A stretch of DNA of 60,345 nt from a bacterium (GCA_046497505.1 JAWOFN010000010.1:1-60345), one strand, 5' to 3'. Numbered from the stretch's first letter, positions 9,717 through 20,023 are shown. Notes: generated by a model from the letters alone, not told the origin. Made by a program: numbers and translations.

Positions 9717-9893
9717 ATGGCTCGAGACTACGTATACGCATCACGCGTGAAGGAAGCCGCCAAGGCACAGGGGCTGCGGATGGCGGGAGACGCCGTCGAC
9801 GCGATCAACAAGGCCGTAGACGACATGCTGCGCAAGGCCGGTTCCCGCGCCAAGGGCAACGGCCGGAAGACCATCCAGGCCCAGGACGTCTAG
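9717..9893 (+). CDS. Bacterial histone-fold protein (58 aa; below the ORF-track cutoff)
   Basis: MARDYVYASRVKEAAKAQGLRMAGDAVDAINKAVDDMLRKAGSRAKGNGRKTIQAQDV; C-terminal RA...GRKTIxxxD histone L2/alpha3 signature; strong AAGGGAGG RBS; downstream terminator. Confidence 0.88.
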   Translation: MARDYVYASRVKEAAKAQGLRMAGDAVDAINKAVDDMLRKAGSRAKGNGRKTIQAQDV

Positions 9894-9920
9894 GGCACTG
9901 GAACAGAGAAGTCCGCGACG

Positions 9921-9942
9921 GGGGGGCTCTGGCCCCCCTTTT
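9921..9942 (+). terminator. Intrinsic terminator after the histone gene (convergent with thiO)
   Basis: GGGGGGC-TCTG-GCCCCCC followed by TTTT. Confidence 0.7.
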
Positions 9943-9967
9943 GCGTCGAGGGTCTTCACGGCGGCCC

Positions 9968-11107
9968 TCAGAAGAGGAAGCGGGCGGGGCTGAAGGGCAA
10001 CGGGTCGACCCCGGGGTCCTCCCCGGCGATCATGCGGGCGACGAGCTGGCCGGTGAGGGGGGCCAGGAGGATGCCGTTCCGGAAGTGACCGGTGTCCACC
10101 CAGACGCGGTCCAGGTCGGGCAGGGGTCCCACGATCGGCAGCCCGTCGGGGGTCCCGGGACGAAGTCCCGCCCACTGCTGCTGCGGGGTGCGGTCCTCCA
10201 GCACCGGGAGCATGCGGACCGCACCCTCCCACACCTTCTCGATCCCGCTGCGGGTAGTGGTACGGTCGAACCCCACGTGCTCGGCCGTGGCCCCGGCGAG
10301 GACCTGGTCCCCGGAGCGGGGGACCAGGTAGCCCATGCCGGAACCCACCAGGCAGGGGGGGAGTCCCTCGCCGGGGGTGAGCGGGGTCACCGCCGCCTGT
10401 CCCCGCACCGGTTCCACCGGAAGGGGAGCACCCAGGGCCCCCGTCAACCGTCCCGTCCAGGCACCCGCGGCCAGGAGTGTGTGCTCCGCCTCGATGTGGA
10501 GGCCGGAGGTGTGGACACCGGCGACCCGCGTACCGGAGGGCCCCTGTTCGATGAGGAAGTCCCGCACCTCCTCCTCCCAGAGGAAACGTACGCCGGCGCT
10601 GCGGCAGGCCCCGGCGTACGCCTCCACCGCCCGGTCGGTGCGGAGATGGTGGTCACCGGGGTAGAAGAGGGCGCCGGTGAGGTCATCGGTCACCATGGGG
10701 AAGCGCCGGGCGGTATCGGCGGGGGAGAGGCTCTCCACAGGGAGCCCCCTCTCCATCTGCCATGCCCTGCGCTGCTGGAAGGTCCTCCACTCATCCTCGT
10801 CCAGGGCCAGGTGCAGGAAGCCGTCGGTCCGGTGCTCCGGGTCCAAGCCGGATGCGGCGGCCAGCTCGGGCGCGACCTCCACCCAGAGGTCGCGGGCCTG
10901 CAGGCAGAGGTCGAGGAAGGGCCCGGGGCCCCCGCTCTCGTGCTGGGGCGCCAGCATGCCGGCGGCCGCGCCGGAGGCCTCCGCACCGGGGGCCGGGGCG
11001 CGGTCCACCACGTGGACCACATGTCCTGCGCGGGCCAGTTCCCGCGCGGCGGCCATACCCACCAGTCCGGCGCCCACGACCACCGTCTGGGTCTCGAGAT
11101 GCTGCAT
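9968..11107 (-). CDS. thiO: Glycine oxidase ThiO
   Basis: GAGLVG FAD motif, ASGAAAGML, PVRGQ, WAGLRP and GHFRNGILLAP; thiSG nearby. Confidence 0.9.
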   Translation of the reverse strand: MQHLETQTVVVGAGLVGMAAARELARAGHVVHVVDRAPAPGAEASGAAAGMLAPQHESGGPGPFLDLCLQARDLWVEVAPELAAASGLDPEHRTDGFLHLALDEDEWRTFQQRRAWQMERGLPVESLSPADTARRFPMVTDDLTGALFYPGDHHLRTDRAVEAYAGACRSAGVRFLWEEEVRDFLIEQGPSGTRVAGVHTSGLHIEAEHTLLAAGAWTGRLTGALGAPLPVEPVRGQAAVTPLTPGEGLPPCLVGSGMGYLVPRSGDQVLAGATAEHVGFDRTTTRSGIEKVWEGAVRMLPVLEDRTPQQQWAGLRPGTPDGLPIVGPLPDLDRVWVDTGHFRNGILLAPLTGQLVARMIAGEDPGVDPLPFSPARFLF

Positions 11108-11225
11108 GGACCCAAGATAGCCGCCCCCGCCCGCCCTCCAAAACCCGTTGACCGTCGGAAGACTCCCTCCCTAGGTTTCCCTGCTGCATGGAGCGCCGTC
11201 CCCGGACCCTGAACCGGAGTTCGAG

Positions 11226-12437
11226 ATGTCCCTGCCCCCCGAGTCCGCCATCATCGGGCTGGCCTGCACACGCTGCGGAGCCGAGCACGACCACACGAAG
11301 CTGCAGGGGCTCTGCAGATCCTGCGGGGGACCTCTATACGCTCACTACGACCTGGACCGGGCAGGCAGGACCCTCACCCCCGAGGCCCTCGCCGCTCGCC
11401 CCTGGGACATCTGGCGGTACGCGGAGGTGCTCCCGGTGGAGGATGAGGCCTTCCGGATCACCCTCGGGGAGGGGGGGACACCGCTGCTGGCCAGCAGGAG
11501 CCTGGGACCGGGATTGGGCATCGAGGGACTCCTGCTCAAGGACGAGGGGCTCAACCCTACCGGTTCCTTCAAGGCACGGGGACTGTGCCTTGCCGTGAGC
11601 AGGGCGGCGGAGCTGGGGGCGGGGGCCCTCAGCATCCCCACGGCGGGGAACGCCGGCGGCGCCCTCTCCGCCTACGCCGCCGCCGCAGGGATGCCTGCCC
11701 ACATCTTCATGCCCTCCGACACCCCCTCGCGTTTCGTGGAGGAGTGCAGGATGTACGGTGCGCACGTCACCATGGTGGACGGGTACATCACCGACGCGGG
11801 GCAGCGGGCGAAGGAGGAGATGGAGGGGACGGACCGCTTCGACGTCTCCACCCTGAAGGAGCCGTACCGGGTGGAGGGGAAGAAGACGATGGGGTATGAA
11901 CTCTTCGAACAGCTCGGGGGGAGGCTGCCCGATGTCATCATCTATCCCACCGGCGGCGGCACCGGCCTGGTGGGCATGTGGAAGGCGTTCGACGAGATGG
12001 AGGAGCTGGGGTGGGTCGGCCGTCGGCGCCCCCGGATGGTGAGCGTCCAGGCCGCGGGATGCGCCCCGGTGGTCAAGGCGTTCCACGGGGGAGAGGAAGA
12101 CTACGAAGCGTGGCCGGACCCCAGCACCATGGCCATGGGTCTCAGGGTACCGGCGGCGGTGGGGGATGTGGAGATCCTCAAGGCCCTGAGAGGATCGGGC
12201 GGTACGGCGGTGGCGGTGGACGAGGAGGAGATCCTGGAGGGGGTCCTGGAACTGGGGAGCAGGGAGGGGATCTATGCCAGCCCGGAGGACGGGGCGGTGG
12301 TCGGGGCGCTCAGACGACTCGAGGAAGAGGGCTTCATCGAGGGGGACGAGACGGTGGTCGCCTTCCTCACCGGACACGGTATGAAGTATGCGGAACTGAT
12401 CCAGCAGGCGCTGGAGGGACGCGGGGAGGGGGCGTGA
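11226..12437 (+). CDS. thrC: Threonine synthase
   Basis: N-terminal CxxC pair; LGEGGTP, NPTGSFKARG PLP-lysine motif, EGKKT and YPTGGG. Confidence 0.9.
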   Translation: MSLPPESAIIGLACTRCGAEHDHTKLQGLCRSCGGPLYAHYDLDRAGRTLTPEALAARPWDIWRYAEVLPVEDEAFRITLGEGGTPLLASRSLGPGLGIEGLLLKDEGLNPTGSFKARGLCLAVSRAAELGAGALSIPTAGNAGGALSAYAAAAGMPAHIFMPSDTPSRFVEECRMYGAHVTMVDGYITDAGQRAKEEMEGTDRFDVSTLKEPYRVEGKKTMGYELFEQLGGRLPDVIIYPTGGGTGLVGMWKAFDEMEELGWVGRRRPRMVSVQAAGCAPVVKAFHGGEEDYEAWPDPSTMAMGLRVPAAVGDVEILKALRGSGGTAVAVDEEEILEGVLELGSREGIYASPEDGAVVGALRRLEEEGFIEGDETVVAFLTGHGMKYAELIQQALEGRGEGA

Positions 12438-13378
12438 GGAGCAGGTCCGCCCGCCCACCCGGCCGCCGGCCGGGGGCGGCCCTGGCCCTCCTCTTCCTCC
12501 TCCTGCCCGCAGCTGCCGGGGGGCAGAGCGAAGAACTCCTCCAGGGATCGCGGGATCCTCACGACTACCGGGTACGGGCACTCCGGGCACAGAGGGCCCC
12601 GGTGCTGGACGGCCGTCTGGACGAGGCCGCCTGGCAGCGGGCCGAACCCGCCACCGGGTTCACCCAGCGCAACCTGGTGGAGGGGGCACCCGCGAGCGAA
12701 CGGACCGAGATACGCACCATAGTTACGGAGGGCGTGTTCTACATCGGTGCCCGCATGTTCGATTCCCGCCCCGAGGAGCTGGTCGTCACGGCCATGCGCC
12801 GGGCCAGCCGCCTGCATGACGACGACTACCTGGGCATCGTGCTGGACACCTTCCACGACCACCGCAACGCGTTCGAGTTCCAGGTCAACCCCGCCGGCGC
12901 CCGCTGGGACGCCTACGTCACCGACGAGGGCCGGGATGTGAACAGCGATTTCAACGTGGTCTGGGACGCGGCCACCCGGGCGGATGACGAGGGGTGGACC
13001 GCCGAGATGGCCATCCCGCTGAGCCAGCTCCGCTTCTCCGGGGCAGGGGGACCCCAGCGGTGGAGGATCAACTTCCGCCGTTCCATCCGAAGGAAGAACG
13101 AGGAGGTCTTCTGGGTGCCGGTGCTCAGGGACTACGGGATGCACGGCTTCAACCGGGTCTCCAACGCCGGCCTCCTCACCGGACTCGACGACCTGCCGGT
13201 GGGGGTGGACGTCAATCTCCAGTTCAGCGACTACAGCAGCTTCCGGGGCCAGTACGCTAACGTATACGACCCGGTTGTGGGGGGCGATCCCTCTCTCCTG
13301 ACCTCCGAGTACCGTTGCGATCCCTCCGCTACCGGTCGGACACTCCTGCTCAAGTTCACGTTTCTCTTCCTCTGGTAG
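12434..13378 (+). CDS. CBM9-like/DUF5916-type outer-membrane protein, apparently internally deleted
   Basis: Signal peptide; LDGRLDEAAW, LDTFHD.RNAFEFQVNP.G and GWTAEMAIP.SQLRF motifs; ends in RTLLLKFTFLFLW beta-signal but is far too short for a barrel. Confidence 0.7.
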   Translation: MRSRSARPPGRRPGAALALLFLLLPAAAGGQSEELLQGSRDPHDYRVRALRAQRAPVLDGRLDEAAWQRAEPATGFTQRNLVEGAPASERTEIRTIVTEGVFYIGARMFDSRPEELVVTAMRRASRLHDDDYLGIVLDTFHDHRNAFEFQVNPAGARWDAYVTDEGRDVNSDFNVVWDAATRADDEGWTAEMAIPLSQLRFSGAGGPQRWRINFRRSIRRKNEEVFWVPVLRDYGMHGFNRVSNAGLLTGLDDLPVGVDVNLQFSDYSSFRGQYANVYDPVVGGDPSLLTSEYRCDPSATGRTLLLKFTFLFLW

Positions 13379-13388
13379 GTTCGAGGCC

Positions 13389-14618
13389 ATGACCGATACG
13401 AACACCGAGACCGCGCGACTCTACTGGGACGACCCCATGCGGGAGACCTTCGAGGCGAAGGTCCGGCGGAGTGTGGAACAGCCCGAAGGGGGCGCCCTCA
13501 TCGTGCTCGACCGCACCCTCTTCTATCCGGAAGGGGGTGGGCAGCCGGCGGATGAGGGGCAGCTCGGCGATGCCGAGGTGCTGGATGTGCGCGAGGAGGA
13601 GGGGGTGGTCCTCCACCTCACGGACCGCTCCCTGGAGGAGGGTTCCACCGTGGAGGGGAGTGTGGACTGGGGGCGGAGATGGGACCACATGCAGCAGCAT
13701 AGCGGGCAGCACCTGCTGAGCCGGGTGCTCCTGGACGAGTACGGTGCGGAGACCCGGGGCTTCCACCTGGGAGCGGACGAGGCCACCATCGACCTGGGCA
13801 TCGAACTCGACGAGGGGCAGGTCGAGTTCGCCCGATCCCGGGCCAACGCCCTCATCGACCGGGACCTCCCGGTCACCGCACGGATCGTTCCCCGGGACCA
13901 CCCCGCCGTGGACGCTGCCCGGCGGGTACCGCCGGAGATCGAGGAGGTGCGCCTGGTGGAGATCGAGGAGGTGGATTCGGTCCCATGCGGCGGGACCCAT
14001 GTCCCTTCCACCGCCCGCATAGGAGGGCTGCACGTGATGGCGGGCAGCGGCACACGGGTCCACGGCGGTCTCTTCCGGATCACCTTCCTCTGCGGCGGGA
14101 GGATGCGCCGCTACCTGGCCCACCTGGACCGGGTGAGTGCCCGTCTCACACGCGAGCTCACCACCGCTCCCGACCAGTTCCTGGAGCGGTTCGAGGACCT
14201 GAAGGACCAGATCAAGGACCTGAACCGGGAGGTCTCCGACCTGCAGGGCGTTCTGGTGCCCCTGCGGGCCGAGGTGCTCCTGGAGCAGGCCGAGACCATC
14301 GGTCCCGCCCGGGTGGTCATGGCCCGGATCGACGACCTGCCGGCGGAGACCCTGCCGGCCCTGGCAGGTGAACTCACCGCCCACGCCGACGTCGCGGCGC
14401 TGCTGGGTGCGGAGGTCTCCGGGACGGGGCGCCTGGCCTTCGCCCGGGGTGAGGGCCTCGACCTGCATATGGGCGAGCTTCTGAGCAGGGCCGCCGCCAT
14501 CCTCGGGGGCGGCGGCGGGGGCAGGCCGGAATACGCCGCCGGGGGCGGCACCCAGGCCGAGGCGCTGGACACCGCCCTCACCTCCGCCCGGGAGGAGATC
14601 CGGGAAGCCCTGGGGTGA
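13389..14618 (+). CDS. Alanyl-tRNA editing protein (AlaX family) with C-terminal DHHA1 domain
   Basis: FYPEGGGQP.DEG, HMQQHSGQH, PCGGTHV and GGGGGGRPEYAAGG motifs. Confidence 0.92.
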   Translation: MTDTNTETARLYWDDPMRETFEAKVRRSVEQPEGGALIVLDRTLFYPEGGGQPADEGQLGDAEVLDVREEEGVVLHLTDRSLEEGSTVEGSVDWGRRWDHMQQHSGQHLLSRVLLDEYGAETRGFHLGADEATIDLGIELDEGQVEFARSRANALIDRDLPVTARIVPRDHPAVDAARRVPPEIEEVRLVEIEEVDSVPCGGTHVPSTARIGGLHVMAGSGTRVHGGLFRITFLCGGRMRRYLAHLDRVSARLTRELTTAPDQFLERFEDLKDQIKDLNREVSDLQGVLVPLRAEVLLEQAETIGPARVVMARIDDLPAETLPALAGELTAHADVAALLGAEVSGTGRLAFARGEGLDLHMGELLSRAAAILGGGGGGRPEYAAGGGTQAEALDTALTSAREEIREALG

Positions 14619-14630
14619 GAGTGTCCCTTG

Positions 14631-14646
14631 TGTCCCATATGGGACA
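14631..14646. promoter_or_regulatory. Perfect 16-bp palindrome, candidate transcription-factor/enhancer site
   Basis: TGTCCCATATGGGACA upstream of a kinase/NtrC-family pair. Confidence 0.5.
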
Positions 14647-14742
14647 GGTCTAGAGTGATGCCCATCTGAGAGTCCCTCCGACGAAGGGCCCTGAGGGGGG
14701 TCCGGGGGGAGCGCACACCGTCCCACGATGGGAGTGCACCAC

Positions 14743-16134
14743 ATGCCCGTACGGGCCCGGGGGAGCCGCTGGCTCCCCGCGCTCTTCATCCTCGCCTTCC
14801 TGGTCCTGCTGGCCGCCACCAACGTGTGGATCCATCAGCGCAACAGGAAGGCCCTGGACGACGACCTCGGGCGCCGGCTCACGGCCATCGCCGGCCTGCT
14901 GGTGGACACCCGGGCGGTCGACGGCGACCTCCTCTTCGGGCCGCAGGGCATGGACCGCTCCTATCTGGCCAGCATCGAGGGGCAGCTGGAGGAGATCCAG
15001 CGTTCCTACGACCTGGATGCCATCCTGCTCCTCGACCCCGACGAGTACACGGTCCGCTACTCGAGCAGCCCCGCCCTCTATACCGAGGGGAGCCTCTACC
15101 CCTACCGGGAGGAACACACGGGGGCCATCCTGGAGGCCGTCACCGGGCGGCATCCCTCCGCTTCCGCCACCCGGCGCGTGGGGGGCAGCCGCGACGTTTA
15201 CCTGAAGAGCGGCTTCGCCCCGGTCCGCACCCTCCTCCAGGACCAGCTCGTGGCGGTCCTCGTGGTGGAGGCGAGTGCAGACTTCTTCGAGGTCCTCGGG
15301 CGTATGCGGGGGGTGATGATCACCGGTACGGCGGCCGCCACCGTCCTGATGCTCCTGCTCATGGCGGGTTACCTGGGTCTGCAGGGTCAGGCTCGGAGGG
15401 CCCGGCAGGCCCTGGAGAGGGAGAACCGCATGGCTGCTCTGGGGCGGATGGCCAGCCAGGTGGCCCACGAGATCCGTAACCCGGCAGGTATCATAAAGTA
15501 CGCCGCGGAGCGGATGGAGAAGTGGCTGGACGCCCAGGATGGGGGGCGGCGGGAACGGGACCCGGAGCTGAAGGAGATGGTGGAGTACATCCGGGAGGAG
15601 ACCCGCAGGCTGCAGGACACCACGGAACGCTACCTCACCTATGCCCGGCAGGGGACCATGCAGCCCCGGGAGGTGGCCCCCCGCGAGCTGCTGGATTCGG
15701 CGGCGGAGGCCCTCCGGCGCCATGGGCTCCCCGATGGGATCACGGTCAGGGTGGAGACCGAGTTGCCCGATGCCCCGCCGGTACTCCGCGCCGACCCGGA
15801 CCTGCTCCGTCAGGCCCTCCTGAACCTGGGGATGAACGCGGTTGAGGCCATGGGGTCGAGCGGGGAGGCGGTCTTCTTCGCCCGCAGCGCGGGGGAGGCG
15901 TACTCCCTCGGCGTGGAGGACGACGGTCCCGGGATCCCTGACCGTCAGAAGGGGAAGGTCTTCGAGCCTTTCTACAGTACCCGCCCCGAGGGGAACGGTC
16001 TGGGACTCTTCATCGTGGAGCAGATCGTCCGCTCCCACGGTGGGGAGGTCACGGTAGAGGACCGCGAAGAGGGCGGGACGCGTGTGATCATGGAGCTGCC
16101 CGCCGGCGGGCAGCCCCCCCGAGAGGAAGGATGA
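14743..16134 (+). CDS. Membrane sensor histidine kinase
   Basis: Two TM segments; VAHEIRNP H-box, ALLNL..NA, DDGPGI and GNGLGL boxes. Confidence 0.95.
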   Translation: MPVRARGSRWLPALFILAFLVLLAATNVWIHQRNRKALDDDLGRRLTAIAGLLVDTRAVDGDLLFGPQGMDRSYLASIEGQLEEIQRSYDLDAILLLDPDEYTVRYSSSPALYTEGSLYPYREEHTGAILEAVTGRHPSASATRRVGGSRDVYLKSGFAPVRTLLQDQLVAVLVVEASADFFEVLGRMRGVMITGTAAATVLMLLLMAGYLGLQGQARRARQALERENRMAALGRMASQVAHEIRNPAGIIKYAAERMEKWLDAQDGGRRERDPELKEMVEYIREETRRLQDTTERYLTYARQGTMQPREVAPRELLDSAAEALRRHGLPDGITVRVETELPDAPPVLRADPDLLRQALLNLGMNAVEAMGSSGEAVFFARSAGEAYSLGVEDDGPGIPDRQKGKVFEPFYSTRPEGNGLGLFIVEQIVRSHGGEVTVEDREEGGTRVIMELPAGGQPPREEG

Positions 16135-16141
16135 AGCGCAG

Positions 16142-17497
16142 ATGCCCCGCATCCTGGTAGTGGACGACGAGGCGAGGATGGCCGCCCTGATCCGGCGGGA
16201 ACTGGAGGACGAGGGGTATGATGTCGTCACCGCTTCCGACGGTGAGGCCGCCCTCGAGCAGGTCGCCGCGGGGGAACTCGACCTGGTGGTCACCGACCTC
16301 AAGATGCCCGGCATGGACGGTATCGAACTGCTCCGGGAGGTCAAGGGTCGGGACGCCGACTGTGAGGTGATCCTCATGACTGCCTATGCCTCGGCGGAGA
16401 CGGCGGTGGAGGCCATGAAAGAGGGTGCCTACGACTACCTGGTGAAGCCGTTCGAGATGGCGGAGCTGGTGATGATGGTCGAACGCATCACCGAGCATCA
16501 GCGGCTGCGGGCCGAGAACCGCCAGCTGAAGGAGGACCTGAGCAGCGGTGCCGGTGAGATCATCGGGACCTCACCGGGGATCACGAAGGTCATGGAACTG
16601 GTCCGCCGTGTGGCCGGTCAGGCCACCACGGTCCTGATCCAGGGGGAATCGGGTACGGGCAAGGAACTGGTGGCCCGTACGATCCACGCCAGCAGCCGCC
16701 GGTCGGAGGAGGCCTTCGTGGCCGTGAACTGCGGCGCCATCCCCGACACCCTCATCGAATCCGAACTCTTCGGTCATGAGAAAGGGGCCTACACGGGGGC
16801 TTCCAGCCGGCGGCTCGGCAAGTTCGAGCTGGCCAACCGGGGGACGGTCTTCCTCGACGAGGTGGGGGAACTGGCTCCCCAGGCCCAGGTCAAGCTCCTC
16901 CGGGTGCTCCAGGAACGGTATGTGGAGCGCCTGGGCGGGACCCGTCCCGTCCCGGTGGACGTCAGGGTGCTGGCGGCCACCAACCGCGACCTCCACGACC
17001 TGGTCTCACGCGAGGAGTTCCGGGAGGACCTCTTCTATCGGCTGAACGTCTTCCCCATCCACATCCCGCCCCTGAGGTCGCGCCGAGAGGACATCCCGCT
17101 GCTGGCCCGTCACTTCCTGGAGGAGCACGGCAGGGAGAACACCTTCACCGACGAGGTCATGCGGATGCTGGTGGCCTACCCGTGGCCGGGGAACGTCCGG
17201 GAACTGGAGAACATCATCGAACGGGCCCTGATCCTGGCCGGTCCGGGGAACGAGGTCCTTCCCGAACACCTCTCGACCTTGGAGGGGAGGGGGATGCGGC
17301 CCATGCCGGGGCAGGAGGAAGAGGGCCCTCCCGTCCATATCCCCGAGGAGGGAGTGGACCTGGAGGAGGTGGAGAAGCGCCACATCCTGGAGGCCCTCCG
17401 GAAAGCGGACGGGAACAAGAGCGAGGCGGCCCGTCTGTTGCACATCACCCGCAGGCGTCTTTACTCTCGGATGAAGCACCACGATATAGACTACTGA
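16142..17497 (+). CDS. Sigma54-dependent (NtrC-family) response regulator
   Basis: REC domain (VDDE, TDLKMP), [34 protein letters not shown]-terminal Fis HTH. Confidence 0.96.
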   Translation: MPRILVVDDEARMAALIRRELEDEGYDVVTASDGEAALEQVAAGELDLVVTDLKMPGMDGIELLREVKGRDADCEVILMTAYASAETAVEAMKEGAYDYLVKPFEMAELVMMVERITEHQRLRAENRQLKEDLSSGAGEIIGTSPGITKVMELVRRVAGQATTVLIQGESGTGKELVARTIHASSRRSEEAFVAVNCGAIPDTLIESELFGHEKGAYTGASSRRLGKFELANRGTVFLDEVGELAPQAQVKLLRVLQERYVERLGGTRPVPVDVRVLAATNRDLHDLVSREEFREDLFYRLNVFPIHIPPLRSRREDIPLLARHFLEEHGRENTFTDEVMRMLVAYPWPGNVRELENIIERALILAGPGNEVLPEHLSTLEGRGMRPMPGQEEEGPPVHIPEEGVDLEEVEKRHILEALRKADGNKSEAARLLHITRRRLYSRMKHHDIDY

Positions 17498-17527
17498 GCA
17501 GTCGTACCGTCCGCCGAGGAGCCGAAC

Positions 17528-18538
17528 ATGGTCGACCGCATCGTCACCATCGACACCCACATCTACGAGCAGCAGCAGCGGATGTTCCCCGAGGCCTCCG
17601 GGGAGTTCTCAGGCCTGCTCTCCGACATCGGGCTGGCGGCCAAGATCATCGCCCGGGAGGTGAACAAGGCGGGGCTGGTGGACATCCTGGGTATGGCGGG
17701 GGGGATGAACGTCCAGGGAGAGCGGGTCCGGAAGCTGGACCTCTTCGGTCAGGACGTGCTGGTGGAGATCCTCACCCGGGGCGGTCACGCCTCCGCCATG
17801 ACCAGTGAGGAGAGCGCGGACATCACCTACATCCCCTCCGACCAGCGGAGGGGGGACTACATCGTGAGTTTCGACCCGCTGGACGGCTCCTCGAACATCG
17901 CGGCCAATGTGAGCATCGGCACCATCTTCAGTATCCACCGCAAGATGAGCGATGGGCCCGAGGCCACAGAGAGCGACGTGCTGCAGGAGGGCCGCTCCCA
18001 GATCGGTGCGGGCTACGTGGTGTACGGTTCCTCGACCATGCTGGTCTATACCGCGGGGGATGGCGTGTACGGCTTCACCCTCGACCCCAGCCTGGGCGAG
18101 TTCCTCCTCAGCCACCCCGGTATCAAGATCCCCGAGCGGGGGAAGATCTACAGCATCAACGAGGGGAACGCCCTCTACTGGAAGGATCACACGACCCGGT
18201 ACATCGAACACGTGAAGTGCGGGGGGGACGGCCGCCCCTATTCGAGCCGGTACATCGGAAGCCTGGTGGCGGACTTCCACCGCAACCTCCTCTACGGCGG
18301 TATCTTCCTCTATCCGGAGGACACGAAGGACCCGAAACGTCCCAGCGGCAAGCTCCGCCTCCTCTACGAGGCGGCGCCCCTGGCGATGATCGCGGAGGCG
18401 GCGGGAGGGAAGGCCACCACCGGGTTCGAAGATATCATGGACATCGACCCGAAGCAGCTCCACCAGCGGGTGCCCCTGATCCTGGGGAGCCCGAAGGACG
18501 TGGAGGATTACGAAGCCTTCTGCAGCGGGGAGAAGTAA
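17528..18538 (+). CDS. fbp: Class 1 fructose-1,6-bisphosphatase
   Basis: NVQGE..KLD, FDPLDGSSNI, RYIGSLVADFHR and GKLRLLYEAAP motifs. Confidence 0.96.
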   Translation: MVDRIVTIDTHIYEQQQRMFPEASGEFSGLLSDIGLAAKIIAREVNKAGLVDILGMAGGMNVQGERVRKLDLFGQDVLVEILTRGGHASAMTSEESADITYIPSDQRRGDYIVSFDPLDGSSNIAANVSIGTIFSIHRKMSDGPEATESDVLQEGRSQIGAGYVVYGSSTMLVYTAGDGVYGFTLDPSLGEFLLSHPGIKIPERGKIYSINEGNALYWKDHTTRYIEHVKCGGDGRPYSSRYIGSLVADFHRNLLYGGIFLYPEDTKDPKRPSGKLRLLYEAAPLAMIAEAAGGKATTGFEDIMDIDPKQLHQRVPLILGSPKDVEDYEAFCSGEK

Positions 18539-18571
18539 CGGAAGCGCGTAACCCCGGAAGGAGACCCGGAC

Positions 18572-19264
18572 ATGATCACCGCGACCTGGCACGGACACGG
18601 ATGCTGGTCCTTCGACTTCGGCGGCACGGAGGTCCTCATCGACCCCTTCCTCTCCGAATCCCCCTCGGCGGATGTGGGCCCCGAGGACGTGGAGGCCGAC
18701 TTCATCCTGCTCACCCACGGGCACGGGGACCACTTCGGTGACACGGTGGCCATCGGGCAGCGCACGGACGCCACGGTGGTGGCGACCTTCGAGCTGGCCA
18801 GCTACTGCGAGTCGAAGGGACTGAAGACCCACCCCATGAACATCGGCGGGGGTCATGACTTCCCCTTCGGGAGGGTGGAGATGACCATCGCCCACCACTC
18901 ATCCGGGCTCATCGACGAGGATGGGCGGCCCATCTACCTGGGGGACCCGGCGGGCTTCCTCGTCCGTGCCCAGGAGAAGACCATCTACTTCGCCGGGGAC
19001 ACCGGCCTCTTCCTGGATATGAAGCTCATCGGGGACCGGAACCGTATCGACCTGGCCTTCCTGCCCACCGGGGACAACTTCACCATGGGGGTGGAGGAGG
19101 CGGTCACCGCCGCCGAGTACCTTAAGCCGAAGACAGTGATCCCCATGCACTACGGTACCTGGGACCTTATCGCCACCGATCCCAGGGCCTTTGCCGAAGG
19201 TGTGGAGAAGCTGGGTATCAACGCCGTCGTCCTGGAGGTGGGGGAAAGCCATACCCTCGAGTAG
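18572..19264 (+). CDS. Metallo-beta-lactamase-fold metal-dependent hydrolase (UPF0173-like)
   Basis: LIDPFL, THGHGDH, YFAGDT, GDNFTMG and IPMHY motifs. Confidence 0.9.
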   Translation: MITATWHGHGCWSFDFGGTEVLIDPFLSESPSADVGPEDVEADFILLTHGHGDHFGDTVAIGQRTDATVVATFELASYCESKGLKTHPMNIGGGHDFPFGRVEMTIAHHSSGLIDEDGRPIYLGDPAGFLVRAQEKTIYFAGDTGLFLDMKLIGDRNRIDLAFLPTGDNFTMGVEEAVTAAEYLKPKTVIPMHYGTWDLIATDPRAFAEGVEKLGINAVVLEVGESHTLE

Positions 19265-19276
19265 GACGGAGCGCAG

Positions 19277-20023
19277 GTGAGCGATATCATCCAGGGAGGG
19301 GAGGGGCCGGCGCTGAAGGGCTGTGTGGCCCTCCTCTGCTTCATGGAGCAGCCGGGACCGGGATCGCTGAAGAGCCCCCTGGCCGCCCGCATCGGTGAGG
19401 AAGCGGCGGTCCGACTCTACCGGGCCTTCCTGGAGAGTACGGTCCGCACGGCGCTGCGGACCCGGCCGGTCCTGACCCCGGTGGGGGTGGGCACCCCCGA
19501 CGATGCACTCACCATCCTCCGCGAGATCGCAGGGCCCCGTCTCCCCCTCTGGCCCCAGGGGGAGGGGGACCTGGGGCAGCGGATGGCCCGAGCCTCCGCC
19601 CGGGCCTTCTCGGGCGGGGCGGAGAAGGTCCTGGTCATCGGTACCGACGCCCCCGACCTTCCCCTGGGACACCTCCTGGGGGCCGCCCGACGCCTGGACC
19701 GGGAGGACGTGGTCCTGGGACCCGGCCGGGACGGCGGGTACTATCTTTTCGGTCTCAGTCGCCCTGTCCCGGGTCTCTTCCGGGGGGTGGAGTGGAGCAG
19801 CGACCGGGTCCTCCAGCAGACGGTCCGCCGGGTCCGAGCGGCCGGGCTTCGTTCCAGTTACCTGCCCGTCCGGTCCGAGGTCGACGGACCGCAGGACCTC
19901 CTGGACCTCCGGGACCGCCTGCATCGGGCGGCAGGCACCTCCGCCGGGCAGACTGTGGGGATGGAAGATCTCCGCAGCGCGGTGGACCGGGCGGCCGCCC
20001 TCATGGAGACACCTCCCCCCTGA
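19277..20023 (+). CDS. DUF2064/TIGR04282-type GT-A-fold transferase
   Basis: QGEGDLGQRM, IGTDAP, VLGPGRDGGYYLFG, VEWSS and EVD motifs. Confidence 0.8.
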   Translation: MSDIIQGGEGPALKGCVALLCFMEQPGPGSLKSPLAARIGEEAAVRLYRAFLESTVRTALRTRPVLTPVGVGTPDDALTILREIAGPRLPLWPQGEGDLGQRMARASARAFSGGAEKVLVIGTDAPDLPLGHLLGAARRLDREDVVLGPGRDGGYYLFGLSRPVPGLFRGVEWSSDRVLQQTVRRVRAAGLRSSYLPVRSEVDGPQDLLDLRDRLHRAAGTSAGQTVGMEDLRSAVDRAAALMETPPP

